A stretch of DNA of 55,015 nucleotides from a virus (taxonomy: Duplodnaviria; Caudoviricetes), in IMG/VR virus record IMGVR_UViG_3300046411_000570, positions 1-55,015 of that record; one strand, 5' to 3'. The notes beneath the pieces were generated by a model that was not told the DNA's origin, searched no databases, and worked only from the letters and a program-made list of their open reading frames with translations. Of the stretch, positions 20,201-29,528 are shown in pieces. A program made the translations under genes and the position numbers. How positions within the stretch are numbered: position 1 is the first letter of the stretch; every line of letters begins with the position of its first letter.

Positions 20201-20407
20201 CAAAATAAATTACCACCATCTATGATTGCAAACGTTGAAGATGTAAACGGTTGTGGTTATGGTGATAACTCTGACACAAACTATGGTTTCTTTGAATATA
20301 AAACATTTGATAACAGATATTACTTAAACGGATACGGTGGAAGTTATATGCAAGGACAATGGGATGGACAATATCATTGTATTCCTCATCCACCTATTTT
20401 AGGATAA
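17240..20407 (+). CDS. RCC1-repeat (beta-propeller) virion/receptor-binding protein
   Basis: GELYHWGYGGHGQNG, GNLYSWGYNGYGQLG, GNLYAWGRNNDGQLG repeats. Confidence 0.82.
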   Translation: MAITRTNIGNLWFNYRGDYDNSTSYKKDDVVIWNNTDYLNVRESTTTGKRPEQNTQYYYNVEVANDPLDSTNKFKIDADVTSTIEYAPTLYVRKGDKIVFYQNNNNNDDNPLAMSTSATSQSSNYLTEGVSYYHNEEPVSRTDYINTSKFNTKTARKVVVEFTKDTPSEVYYFSTGNASYGAKIVVAEWDTWRPLRNSFKWRGLHVNTSGQIYYENDVVQIRVGINNDRGTDYEPYQVKETLTTYICLRQHTTDGTDRFLPYNRNVDTNANMYWLKMGTEYEADDQQWEDNGVISSVNNISAADANRLHGTYRFVSAKSSSRSGAYPGMFRIDIQGNGNILAVDNFAAANSSRTAGTYTNLSQSATTGVGTGATFNITIDSTGAASKVEIIKQRNKTSTPTGGSGYVNNETVTIADGSLGGGGAPDFTIQVNGVGVAGAATVTVEDTRYDSRRERRYFNDTGQLAGGEDNQVGDTITIDGDVFIKSGGTAAGDLTFQVATVEKQLRGSSDLFTGNPHECISLSNRGPVFTDNRYERLGPERTFRNSVNTPGFIGGTGNAWLWGSNSDGSNAFNHDLMTGRQLTFSHYDWWRSTDNGGTGVHTTPDGEIPKIIQLELGYACGMALMNSGELYHWGYGGHGQNGDAGTSNRDHPVRVGGSNQNVYLAANSSTHIFKDVRIKRCWISNVMDGQNTNTHSCYALDENGNLYSWGYNGYGQLGTNNTTNYSTPQLIAKATYFNGNEIEHMWCSGGNYVMVHAVDTAGNLYAWGRNNDGQLGVGNTTDQNTPQQISSPAFTDAGVGRIKRLLQDTDSDDQRAAILTERGNIYVTGYNGSGWMGNGNTTALNTFTICSNGCGNAANSDAHNMWFTGCANYPNFWIEDSMGNIQCAGYNNYYNLGIGNNTTQNSFQTPKVQIGSNTQKDIHNVKQISSYSHYNDTSVRILTWDGIMYSAGRNSYGMAAVGFSSGNCNTDRDAENGKDHFNDGYFIQNKLPPSMIANVEDVNGCGYGDNSDTNYGFFEYKTFDNRYYLNGYGGSYMQGQWDGQYHCIPHPPILG

Positions 20408-20425
20408 ATATAAAGAGAGATAAAA

Positions 20426-23400
20426 ATGGCAAAAGTAAATTTAGGACGTATAAAATTCAGTTTCCAAGGCGATTGGAATAAAAATACAAACTATACTAAA
20501 GATGATGTAGTTTGGTTTGCAAACTCCTTATGGATTTGTAAAAATCCTTATCTCTCAACTGGTTATGAAGAATGTGCTCCTGGTGATAAACAATCAGGTT
20601 ATAAATGGACTAGAACATTATCTAATGACCCCGATTTTAGAAGTGGTTATCATACCGTTAGAGACTACGACCAAAGAAATGACGCTACAGGTAGAAGAAT
20701 TGTAAACACATCAAGATATGGTAGTGATGAAAATACACAAAATTCTACAAGAATGCCTTTTGAACAATCTAATTATAGTAATATTTCAAATGGTATGTTC
20801 TTGGATTATCAATATCATTTACTACACGAAAAAGAAGATTACGCTCAAGGTGATAGAAGTAATTTCTATGGATATGGTGAATTAAATACAGAAAAAAATG
20901 CTTTCTATCAATCTTACACACCAGTTCATAATAACTTTTATGTGGAAGCGGTAACTTCTCCTTCAAATCAATTTAAATTTGATAATAGATTACCAAGTAT
21001 AGATTTAGGCCAAGAACAAGATGGCGACAGAAACTTTACTCACTTTAGAGAAGGTGAAAAATATAGATTTCATCAAAGAGACGAATCAAATAAAACTTTT
21101 CCATTAGCGTTTTCAACAACCGTTGATGGTACTCACGGTTCAGGTACTTCACTTGCGGCTGACAATGATGGTCCTTACTATGTTGTAGGTACTAATTCAA
21201 ATGGTCAATCAGGTGTATTCTATCCATTATATCTATCAAGCACAGGTGCAAATACTGAAGATACAAGAATGGGTGGTGCAGGTGCTTCAACTAGTTTTAC
21301 ATTTTCAGAAATTATAAGAGGTCCAAATAACGAAACGGTATCAAATGATAGTACAACTTTTCATTTACCAAATATGATAGACCCAACTGCTGTTGACGAA
21401 AGAATTTTTGAAGTTGCAGTAGTTTCAGGTAACCCTAGTGACCACCCTTATTACAATACAGGTTCTACAAACAAATATTCAATAGACGGTGTAACCGCTA
21501 CGGCTAATGTTGCATTAAATTTAACAGAGGGTAAAACTTATAGATTTGACCAATCAGATAGTTCAAATACAGGTCATCCTTTAAAATTATCAACAACTGC
21601 TAATGGAACACACGCTTCAGGTTCAGCATACACAACTGGCGTAACCGTTGTTGGTACACCAGGTAAAAAAGGTGCATATACAGAAATTAAAGTAAGAGCA
21701 AGTACACCAACACTTTACTACTATTGTACATCACATTCAGGTATGGGTTGGTCAGCAGAGACAAATGCTCCACAAACAAGAGCAAGGTCTTATGTTCCAA
21801 CAAATATTCCAATGTGGAGAGGTGCAGGTAAAAATGGTTACGTAAGATACTTCTTAAATAACAGACAGGTTACAGAAGCACAATACATCAATTCATTAAA
21901 TAATACTTTTGCAAATAGTGGTGGTAATTATACTGGTGATATGCCGTCATACACTACTGAAGATGGTTCTACAAGAGGTGGTAGTGAATTATCTTTTGAA
22001 AAAAACCAAGATAGAGTTGTAGAAATTTATATACCTATCGGTTACAGAAATTCATATACAAAAATATATCCTTATTGTTCAGCTTCAGGCAAAACTGCTA
22101 TGTATGGTAATAACGCAAGCATAGGTTTTGACATAGAACAATCTTGGAGAGGACATAAACATTGGGACAGACTACAAACAGGAATTAAATTTAGAGGTGA
22201 ATATAATCCTTATACTCACTATTCTTATAATGATGTTGTAATTTACAGACCACAAAAAAGAAGAAGTGATGGTGAAATAATTTACAAAGGTCCTACAGGT
22301 ATGTACAGAGCTTTAAGAGATACGCAAGGTAGATATCCTCATTTTGGTCCTCAAGAAAGAACAAGGTCTCCTTTGATGGCAAAATCTACAACAACAAGTG
22401 GTAGATTAATTAAAGAAGATTACGAAGATTATCCAGCACACGTACAATCATATTTCAATGATTGGCAATCTTTTGGTAGAATGGTTAACCAAGAAGAAAA
22501 TGCTGCTATGTTCTTTGGTCCAGAACCAATGCATTGGCCTTACAAACACCACAATAACGTAGCTATGAGTATTGATAATGCTAATAGATACATTGATAAA
22601 AACGGTGTTCTATGGGGTATGGGATATCCTAGAACAGGATTCCAAGATTCACAATCTCATTACTCATCATACTTTGGTGAAATGAATATGAGATTTTGGG
22701 AATACAGACGTTCAGAGGATATGAACGCAGGTGGTTACCAAGAAATGAGAGGTCATCACACAAATCCTAGAAGACAAGAATTTACGACACCAAGAATTAT
22801 ACAATTACACGAAGAAAGAGATAGTTGTATGCTTCTTATGGAAAATGGAGAATTATACAGAAACGGTGAACAATCAAATGGTGAAATGGGACACGGTAAT
22901 ACTCAATCAGACAGAAATGGTTTTTACAGAGTTCACGGTTTAGAAGATACAAGAGTTATTAAAGCCACAACTTATCCTTGGAACAACACTAAACATATTA
23001 TGTGTTTAGATGAATTAGGTTATGTTTGGACTTGGGGTTATAATAACGAGGGTCAATTAGGTGATGGTAGAACACAAAACAAAACAGCACCTTACAGAAT
23101 ACCTAGTAAGTATTTTGACAACGAAAAAATTATTGATATCGCTACAACAGGTGATAGTTCATATGCTAGAACAGCAAGTGACCAAATATATGCTTGGGGT
23201 AATAACGGTATCGGACAATTAGGTGATGGTACAACAACTGACAAATACAGACCTATAAAAATGACAGGTTGGGATCCAGTTGCTAATAATGGTATCGCTG
23301 TGTTTATGTGTGAAGGAAATGAAGAAGATACTTGGGTTGTAATCCTAGATGGTAATGGTTACACACACTGGTGTGGTGAAAACAACTATGGTAACTTTGG

Positions 23401-24007
23401 TAATGGTACTACAACTAATACAACAACATTTACTAAAAACGAAACTACACCTAACGGAGATATTGTTGACATTTGGATACAATATTACAATGGTTACAAA
23501 TCAGGTTACTTTAGAACAAAAGATGGTACAACTTACGGATATGGCCACGCAGGTACATATTACGCATTAGGAACAGGTAATACAGGTAACGTTACCACTC
23601 CAGCAGTTGTACAAAAGGTTACAAATTTAAAAGAAGTTAAAACTTCTTGCAACTATTCAGACCAAGCTAGAACATTCTGGTTAACTGATAGTGGCGAATC
23701 ATTCTGTTATGGTTATGACTCAAGAAATTCTATGTTGCACCCACAGGCAGGTACAAACTGGACTGGTGAAGATGGTAACTATCATCCTTTCCACTGGTAT
23801 TTACCTAACGCAAAACCGGTTACAATGAGAATTACAACAGATGACCAAGGCTCTGCTGAATATGCAGGTACTTACCACTTTATTGATGAGTACGGAAAAA
23901 TATATTATTGGGGTCGTTCAAACTGGTTGTCTTCAACACATAACTGGTGGGGACATAGTTGGACATCACCAAATGGCCAACCAACATCAACAGGTCAAGG
24001 AAGATAA
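20426..24007 (+). CDS. RCC1-repeat virion protein with cupredoxin-like domain
   Basis: GYVWTWGYNNEGQLGDG, IYAWGNNGIGQLGDG; internal GHP...LYYYCTSHSGMG. Confidence 0.82.
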   Translation: MAKVNLGRIKFSFQGDWNKNTNYTKDDVVWFANSLWICKNPYLSTGYEECAPGDKQSGYKWTRTLSNDPDFRSGYHTVRDYDQRNDATGRRIVNTSRYGSDENTQNSTRMPFEQSNYSNISNGMFLDYQYHLLHEKEDYAQGDRSNFYGYGELNTEKNAFYQSYTPVHNNFYVEAVTSPSNQFKFDNRLPSIDLGQEQDGDRNFTHFREGEKYRFHQRDESNKTFPLAFSTTVDGTHGSGTSLAADNDGPYYVVGTNSNGQSGVFYPLYLSSTGANTEDTRMGGAGASTSFTFSEIIRGPNNETVSNDSTTFHLPNMIDPTAVDERIFEVAVVSGNPSDHPYYNTGSTNKYSIDGVTATANVALNLTEGKTYRFDQSDSSNTGHPLKLSTTANGTHASGSAYTTGVTVVGTPGKKGAYTEIKVRASTPTLYYYCTSHSGMGWSAETNAPQTRARSYVPTNIPMWRGAGKNGYVRYFLNNRQVTEAQYINSLNNTFANSGGNYTGDMPSYTTEDGSTRGGSELSFEKNQDRVVEIYIPIGYRNSYTKIYPYCSASGKTAMYGNNASIGFDIEQSWRGHKHWDRLQTGIKFRGEYNPYTHYSYNDVVIYRPQKRRSDGEIIYKGPTGMYRALRDTQGRYPHFGPQERTRSPLMAKSTTTSGRLIKEDYEDYPAHVQSYFNDWQSFGRMVNQEENAAMFFGPEPMHWPYKHHNNVAMSIDNANRYIDKNGVLWGMGYPRTGFQDSQSHYSSYFGEMNMRFWEYRRSEDMNAGGYQEMRGHHTNPRRQEFTTPRIIQLHEERDSCMLLMENGELYRNGEQSNGEMGHGNTQSDRNGFYRVHGLEDTRVIKATTYPWNNTKHIMCLDELGYVWTWGYNNEGQLGDGRTQNKTAPYRIPSKYFDNEKIIDIATTGDSSYARTASDQIYAWGNNGIGQLGDGTTTDKYRPIKMTGWDPVANNGIAVFMCEGNEEDTWVVILDGNGYTHWCGENNYGNFGNGTTTNTTTFTKNETTPNGDIVDIWIQYYNGYKSGYFRTKDGTTYGYGHAGTYYALGTGNTGNVTTPAVVQKVTNLKEVKTSCNYSDQARTFWLTDSGESFCYGYDSRNSMLHPQAGTNWTGEDGNYHPFHWYLPNAKPVTMRITTDDQGSAEYAGTYHFIDEYGKIYYWGRSNWLSSTHNWWGHSWTSPNGQPTSTGQGR

Positions 24008-24016
24008 AAAAATTAT

Positions 24017-24024
24017 TATAAATA
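24017..24024 (+). promoter_or_regulatory. T4-type late promoter
   Basis: Intergenic TATAAATA before AAGGAG. Confidence 0.8.
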
Positions 24025-24051
24025 GTAATAATACTAAAGGAGAAAACTAAA

Positions 24052-24468
24052 ATGGCACAGAAAATTTATGGTATAAATGATATTGCTCAAGAAGATGATT
24101 TTGTCGCTCCTGTGGTAACTGATGACGCAACACCAAATTACATTGATAACATTGACGGAAAAGCTTACTTTTCTTATGATGACTCAAAGGTAACGGTTGA
24201 CGCTTCAGGTACAAATGCTTCAAAATACGGTGTTGCTGTATTAGACGCTTCAGACGCAGACGACTTGGTAATATTAAATAAACTTAAAACTACAAACAAA
24301 ATACAGGTTGCAGTTGCAGAAATTCAATCTACTTTTGATGTAGCAAATCCTAGGCATTTACAACTTGAAGGTCTTGTAGCTAATGAATCAGGTTTAGCAA
24401 CTAAAATTGCAACTTTAAAATCTGACATTAACGCAATATATTCAGGTTACGGTCTGCCAACAGATTAA
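24052..24468 (+). CDS. Hypothetical protein
   Basis: 138 aa with own late promoter and strong SD. Confidence 0.8.
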   Translation: MAQKIYGINDIAQEDDFVAPVVTDDATPNYIDNIDGKAYFSYDDSKVTVDASGTNASKYGVAVLDASDADDLVILNKLKTTNKIQVAVAEIQSTFDVANPRHLQLEGLVANESGLATKIATLKSDINAIYSGYGLPTD

Positions 24469-24492
24469 TAGGAATTAATAAGGAAAAATAAT

Positions 24493-26730
24493 ATGTCTTT
24501 TGATTTAAAAGATTTTAAACTAAAGTGGCAAGGACCTTGGAAAGATAGGACTGCTTATTCTAAAAACGATATCGTTTCTTGGAAAGGTAAGTCTTATAGA
24601 TGTATTCAAGATTGTCCTATTGCATATTCAATATCAATAGATGGTTTAGTTAACACTAACAACTATTCTTTTGACCCACCTAGATTGGTTCAAAAATCTT
24701 TTAGACCAGATAATGCAAAATATTGGCAATTATTTTTACGTTCAACAGACGATATTGGCGAATGGGAAATGTGGAGACAATACGAGCCAGGTGAAATGAC
24801 TACGGTTGGTAGAAGAATTTACCAATGTATAAAAAGAACAAGAAAATATAATACTTGGGTTGTAGAACACGACGGAAGAGATTCAGAATATTGGGTGATG
24901 ATTTATGAATCACCTTTTGCATATCCAGATAGAAACAAAGTTGTATCATACACTAACAGAGCTCCTTTAGGGTGGAAATACAATATGGGTAGAAACTCAT
25001 ACGAAAGACAAGCCAACTATACAATGGGTGTAATTGAATCAAATGGTGATTTCGTAGGTCAAGGTGGTAATAACTCTACTGGACAAATGGGATTTGGTGA
25101 CGGTCAAGAAGGAAATTCAAGAATGGGTAGAAGTCGTTATACTGGATTTACTATGGTTGACTGGATGGTTTCTACTGACAATAAAGATTTAACACAAACT
25201 GAACATACAGGTAGAATGGTAACTCCTGATGGTAAGGCACCAAAAGTAATTCAACACGTATCAAGCACAAACTCTAGTTTCTGGCTAATGAATAACGGAG
25301 AAGTTTATTCTGCTGGTGATAACTCAACATACGATTTAGGTCATCACATAGCGGTAACAAATACAACAGATAGATATTATGCAAATAGAGTATCAGCAGA
25401 TGATACGGTAGATTGGTTAGGTGAAACTATACGTTCATTTAACAATACAAAAATTGTAAAAATAGGTTCTTCAGGTCAAGGTCAAAACTCTGAAGGTAAT
25501 CAACAATTTGCATTAGGCGAAGACGGTTCAGTATGGACTTGGGGTAGAAACAATCAAGCACAATTTGGTGGTGGTAACCCAGGAATAAACAACTCAACTG
25601 ACTTTACTGGTGGTTCGCCTTACTCATTTGCTTTCTATTCAGTTAACGTAAAAAGACCTATTAAAATTCCTCAAGAATTTTTTAACAACAAAAGAATCGT
25701 TGATATGTGGGCAGAGGGCTGTACTGAGCCATCATTCCACGCATTAGACGAAGATGGTTGGTTATGGTTCTGGGGTCAATCAGTTCACGGTGGTGCTGGT
25801 GTAGGTTCTAACTCACACACTTCCGAAGGAACATATTACTATTATATTCCTAGAAGAGTTGAAGTAGATTGGAACAAATACGGTGGTATGAAAATGCTAC
25901 AACATTGGGGTTATTCAACTCAATCACACGTAGGTACTTGGGTACTTGATGGCGAAGGCTACTTATGGTACACAGGTTACTATACAAGTGGACAGGCACC
26001 AGGTTTTTATGGATTAGGTGATAACTCAACTAGATATCAGTCTATGTTTAAAAGAGCAGACTTTCATTTAAACGGAGATGTAGATGAATTCTGGTTAGGT
26101 GGTGATGAACATAAATGGATGTACATAAGACAAAAATCAACAGGTATGTTATGGATTTCTGATGGTAACTATGGTACTTATGGTACAAGAGGTTCACGTT
26201 CACAACAAGGTTACTGGTACAACTCTGGTGGTATTCACGGAATGTTCTCTCACGTAAGAGGACCAGCATATACTAAATGGGTTACAGGTCAAAACGAAGG
26301 AAGAGGTGATGGTTCATACATTTATGACTCACCAATTATATTAGATGAAGACGGTAGTTTCTGGTACGGTAATGCTTATGACTATGCATTTACGGCTTCA
26401 GGTCATTCTGATTCACCTAATAACGGTTCTGATGGATATTGGCATATGCCTTCTCAAGGTTTTGAAGATAACTCTACAAACAGACATAGAAAAAGAAGAG
26501 GTGTACAACCAATGAATAGTAGATTAACAGATTTACACTGCTATGGTTACCCTACAGCTCAAAACTATGCATACAGAAATTGGGACGGTAAAATATTCCT
26601 ATCAGGTTATCAACCAAATAACCAAACACACCTATACGAAGGTATGTCTTATAGATATCAGTCAGCAACTGGTTCATCTTGGGGTAGTAATAACTATCGT
26701 GCTCATATGAAATCTCCTCCAGGAGATTAA
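24493..26730 (+). CDS. RCC1-repeat virion protein
   Basis: GEVYSAGDN, DGSVWTWGRNNQAQFG, DGWLWFWGQS repeats. Confidence 0.8.
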   Translation: MSFDLKDFKLKWQGPWKDRTAYSKNDIVSWKGKSYRCIQDCPIAYSISIDGLVNTNNYSFDPPRLVQKSFRPDNAKYWQLFLRSTDDIGEWEMWRQYEPGEMTTVGRRIYQCIKRTRKYNTWVVEHDGRDSEYWVMIYESPFAYPDRNKVVSYTNRAPLGWKYNMGRNSYERQANYTMGVIESNGDFVGQGGNNSTGQMGFGDGQEGNSRMGRSRYTGFTMVDWMVSTDNKDLTQTEHTGRMVTPDGKAPKVIQHVSSTNSSFWLMNNGEVYSAGDNSTYDLGHHIAVTNTTDRYYANRVSADDTVDWLGETIRSFNNTKIVKIGSSGQGQNSEGNQQFALGEDGSVWTWGRNNQAQFGGGNPGINNSTDFTGGSPYSFAFYSVNVKRPIKIPQEFFNNKRIVDMWAEGCTEPSFHALDEDGWLWFWGQSVHGGAGVGSNSHTSEGTYYYYIPRRVEVDWNKYGGMKMLQHWGYSTQSHVGTWVLDGEGYLWYTGYYTSGQAPGFYGLGDNSTRYQSMFKRADFHLNGDVDEFWLGGDEHKWMYIRQKSTGMLWISDGNYGTYGTRGSRSQQGYWYNSGGIHGMFSHVRGPAYTKWVTGQNEGRGDGSYIYDSPIILDEDGSFWYGNAYDYAFTASGHSDSPNNGSDGYWHMPSQGFEDNSTNRHRKRRGVQPMNSRLTDLHCYGYPTAQNYAYRNWDGKIFLSGYQPNNQTHLYEGMSYRYQSATGSSWGSNNYRAHMKSPPGD

Positions 26731-26772
26731 TAAATACTTTATAGTATATTATTATTAACAAAGTGAGTTGAA

Positions 26773-27429
26773 ATGTATAAAACAAATTTAAATCTAAAAA
26801 ATTTTAAAAAGCATAAAGTCTTTTCTGACTTTTCAGATACTTCAATTTATCCTAAAGAACAACAAGCACAATATTGGTGGAATGTTTGGACTTATATTGA
26901 TAGACTTGAAGGTATGATGACAGAAATTGATTTTGAACATTTAAATCAAGGTCCTGAATTATTTAAAATGTGGAAAGATAAGTGGCCGTTTGATTTAACA
27001 CCCGAAATAGGTGGTGCTCCAGCTCACGCAACTTTACCAACACAATTAGATGGTTTTTCATATGTTGGTGAACAATTTAATTTTTATGGTATTAAACAAC
27101 ATAGAGTAGATATACCAAAAGATTGGTTTGATTTACAAGTTGTTTATATTACAATGTTATCTATGTATTCACAATTGTTAAATGTTGATGAAGATATAAA
27201 AGCATTTACATTACCACTATTTAAATACAATCCTAAAAAATTTAAAAGAGTACAAATAAAAGTTGTTAGTGCAATTGTTAATGTATCTGATTTTGTTATT
27301 GCAACACCAGATGTATTTAAAGAAACTATGGAAATGGGCGAATGGCGATTGAAAGAAGCTGATAAACAGATTGGTGCTTGGCAAGAAGGATATCAAATAA
27401 ACGAAGATGGAACAAGAGAAGAAATATAG
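26773..27429 (+). CDS. Hypothetical protein
   Basis: 218 aa, overlaps the heme oxygenase start; no motif recognised. Confidence 0.75.
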   Translation: MYKTNLNLKNFKKHKVFSDFSDTSIYPKEQQAQYWWNVWTYIDRLEGMMTEIDFEHLNQGPELFKMWKDKWPFDLTPEIGGAPAHATLPTQLDGFSYVGEQFNFYGIKQHRVDIPKDWFDLQVVYITMLSMYSQLLNVDEDIKAFTLPLFKYNPKKFKRVQIKVVSAIVNVSDFVIATPDVFKETMEMGEWRLKEADKQIGAWQEGYQINEDGTREEI

Positions 27430-28009
27430 AATAAAAGACCTGACTTGGGAGTATCATAAAAATGCTGAAAGGCAACAATTTGTGGGACTTTTATTATCAG
27501 GTAATATTGACGAAAAATTATATGCAACTTATTTGTATAATCAGTTAATTTGTTATGGTAAATTAGAAGAATATTGTTTAGAAAGTTCTTTGTTTATGGA
27601 TACAAAATCTTTACCAAGAGCACCTCATATTTTCTATGATTATAAGGCTTTATGGGGCGATACAGATAATCCTCCTATTGAAACAGAAAGCACAAAAGCA
27701 TACGTTAAACATTTAGATACTATTAGAGGTGAAAACGAAAAACTATATGCTCACGTTTATGTTAGACATTTAGGTGATTTATCTGGTGGTCAAATGATTA
27801 TGAAGAAAACGCCGGGACCTAATAGATATTATATTTTTAAACACGGTGAAATTAAAGAATATAAAAGAATAGTAAAAGAAAGAGTTGAAAGTTATTTAAA
27901 TTTATATGAAGTAAATGTATTGCCTGAAGCAATATATTGTTTTGAAAACGCAACAAAATTATTTAAGGAAATGTATGATTTGGGACAGACTAATCAAGTG
28001 GCAAAATGA
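27407..28009 (+). CDS. hemO: Heme oxygenase (biliverdin-producing)
   Basis: TWEYHKNAE (proximal His) and AHVYVRHLGDLSGGQMI signature. Confidence 0.93.
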   Translation: MEQEKKYRIKDLTWEYHKNAERQQFVGLLLSGNIDEKLYATYLYNQLICYGKLEEYCLESSLFMDTKSLPRAPHIFYDYKALWGDTDNPPIETESTKAYVKHLDTIRGENEKLYAHVYVRHLGDLSGGQMIMKKTPGPNRYYIFKHGEIKEYKRIVKERVESYLNLYEVNVLPEAIYCFENATKLFKEMYDLGQTNQVAK

Positions 28010-28679
28010 GACTATTGAAGTCTTAAATAAAAATCTGGTTGAATATGATGAACCAGGTATGGAAAGATTCAATGATGAAAAGTTAGGCTGGGTTAATAGA
28101 ACCTGGAATAATAGATATATTAGAAGAGCTCATTTAGATGTTGTTGATGTAAGAGAATCTAAAGGTTTATGGATGGCTCATCTATGCCTTTTTCCTATGT
28201 TAACTAATGGTGGACCGATTTATGGTTTTGATATCATTGCAGGTCAAAAAAAGGTAACAGGTGCTTTTCACGATTTTAGTCCATTATTACAAAAAGACCA
28301 CCCATTAACAAAGTGGTTTATAGAAGAAAATAAATGGTACAAACCTAGCAAAGAGAGAGAATTACCAGATTGGGCAAAGGCTATTTTTAGTGGTGGAATG
28401 ATAGCCGCTGGTAATGTAAGAGAAGAAGATGAATTAAATAAAATTTGTAATATGGCTGTTTCTAATTTAAATAATTATATAGATAAAATTAGAAATCACG
28501 AAGGTGAAGCAGAAATGAAAGATGTAATTAAAGCACAAAATTACTATTCTGAACACCAACAAAAGAATCCACATACACCTAGAGTTATGCAATCTCTTGG
28601 TTTACCAGATGAAGATATTAAATTATTCTGTTCCGACAACCTATTCCCGATAGTGTCAGAAAACCAACCCTATCTGTAA
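27975..28679 (+). CDS. pcyX: Ferredoxin-dependent bilin reductase, PcyX/PcyA type
   Basis: RRAHLDVVD, LWMAHLCLFP, PIYGFDII, AFHDFSP, RELPDWAKAIFS, QQKNPHT; start at ATG 27975 after AAGGA. PcyX rather than PcyA is from recollection of the family and needs a tree. Confidence 0.85.
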   Translation: MIWDRLIKWQNETIEVLNKNLVEYDEPGMERFNDEKLGWVNRTWNNRYIRRAHLDVVDVRESKGLWMAHLCLFPMLTNGGPIYGFDIIAGQKKVTGAFHDFSPLLQKDHPLTKWFIEENKWYKPSKERELPDWAKAIFSGGMIAAGNVREEDELNKICNMAVSNLNNYIDKIRNHEGEAEMKDVIKAQNYYSEHQQKNPHTPRVMQSLGLPDEDIKLFCSDNLFPIVSENQPYL

Positions 28680-28686
28680 TAACTAT

Positions 28687-28694
28687 TATAAATA
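28687..28694 (+). promoter_or_regulatory. T4-type late promoter
   Basis: Intergenic TATAAATA before gp13. Confidence 0.8.
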
Positions 28695-28714
28695 TACCAG
28701 AAAAGGTATAACAA

Positions 28715-29521
28715 ATGGCAGAACCAGCAACAAGAGAGAATTTAAAACAATATGCTTTAAGAGCATTAGGTAAGCCTGTAATTGAAATAAACGCAGATGA
28801 TGACCAACTTGAAGATAGAATTGATGAGGCATTACAATACTTTGCTCAATACCATTATGATGGTGTAAAAAGAACATATTTAAAATATCAATATACACAA
28901 GCGGATAAAGATAGAATGACAACTGATTCTACTGAATCAGCTACAGCTGACTCTGTGACTACTAGTTGGAAAGAAGGACAAAATTTTCTATCAATACCTA
29001 GTTCTATTATATCTATTATTAATATCTTTCCGTTTTCAAATAAAGGTAATCTAAATCTATTTGATGTTAGATATCAATTAAGATTAAATGATTTGTATGA
29101 TTTTTCATCCACATCAATTGTTAACTATGATGTTGTATTAAGACATTTAGATTTTTTAGACCACATTTTAGTTGGTGAAAAACCTATGAGATTTAATCAA
29201 CACGAAAATAAATTGTATGTTGATATGGATTGGAAAAATGATTTACAAGTAGGTGAATATCTTGTAATTGAAGCATATAGAAAATTAGACCCAGCAACAA
29301 ATACGGATGTGTTTAACGATATATTTTTAAAAAGATATGTGACTGCTTTATTTAAAAAACAATGGGGTGCTAATCTATCAAAATTTGGTGGTGTACAAAT
29401 GATAGGTGGTGTCACATTAAACGGTCAACAAATATATATGGATGCTATTAGTGATATAGAAAAATTAGAGTTAGAGATAAGAAGTTCATTTGAATTAAAT
29501 CCAGCAATGATGATAGGGTAA
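28715..29521 (+). CDS. gp13: Neck protein gp13
   Basis: LRALGKPVIEIN...QLEDRIDEALQYF; KKQWGANLSKF...GGVTLNG. Confidence 0.93.
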   Translation: MAEPATRENLKQYALRALGKPVIEINADDDQLEDRIDEALQYFAQYHYDGVKRTYLKYQYTQADKDRMTTDSTESATADSVTTSWKEGQNFLSIPSSIISIINIFPFSNKGNLNLFDVRYQLRLNDLYDFSSTSIVNYDVVLRHLDFLDHILVGEKPMRFNQHENKLYVDMDWKNDLQVGEYLVIEAYRKLDPATNTDVFNDIFLKRYVTALFKKQWGANLSKFGGVQMIGGVTLNGQQIYMDAISDIEKLELEIRSSFELNPAMMIG

Positions 29522-29528
29522 GTGACTT

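Noticed and set aside
13518-26730. Diversity-generating retroelement or CRISPR-like array in the repeat-rich fibre genes
   Set aside because: No reverse transcriptase and no near-identical DNA repeat pair seen; repeats are only at protein level. A self dot-plot would confirm.
27915-27974. Upstream start for the bilin reductase
   Set aside because: Deep overlap with hemO; ATG 27975 has an SD and a family-like N-terminus
27407-28679. Assigning the phage as a cyanophage from the bilin genes
   Set aside because: No psbA, hli or cpeT in the window and the reductase looks PcyX-like; host cannot be fixed from this window
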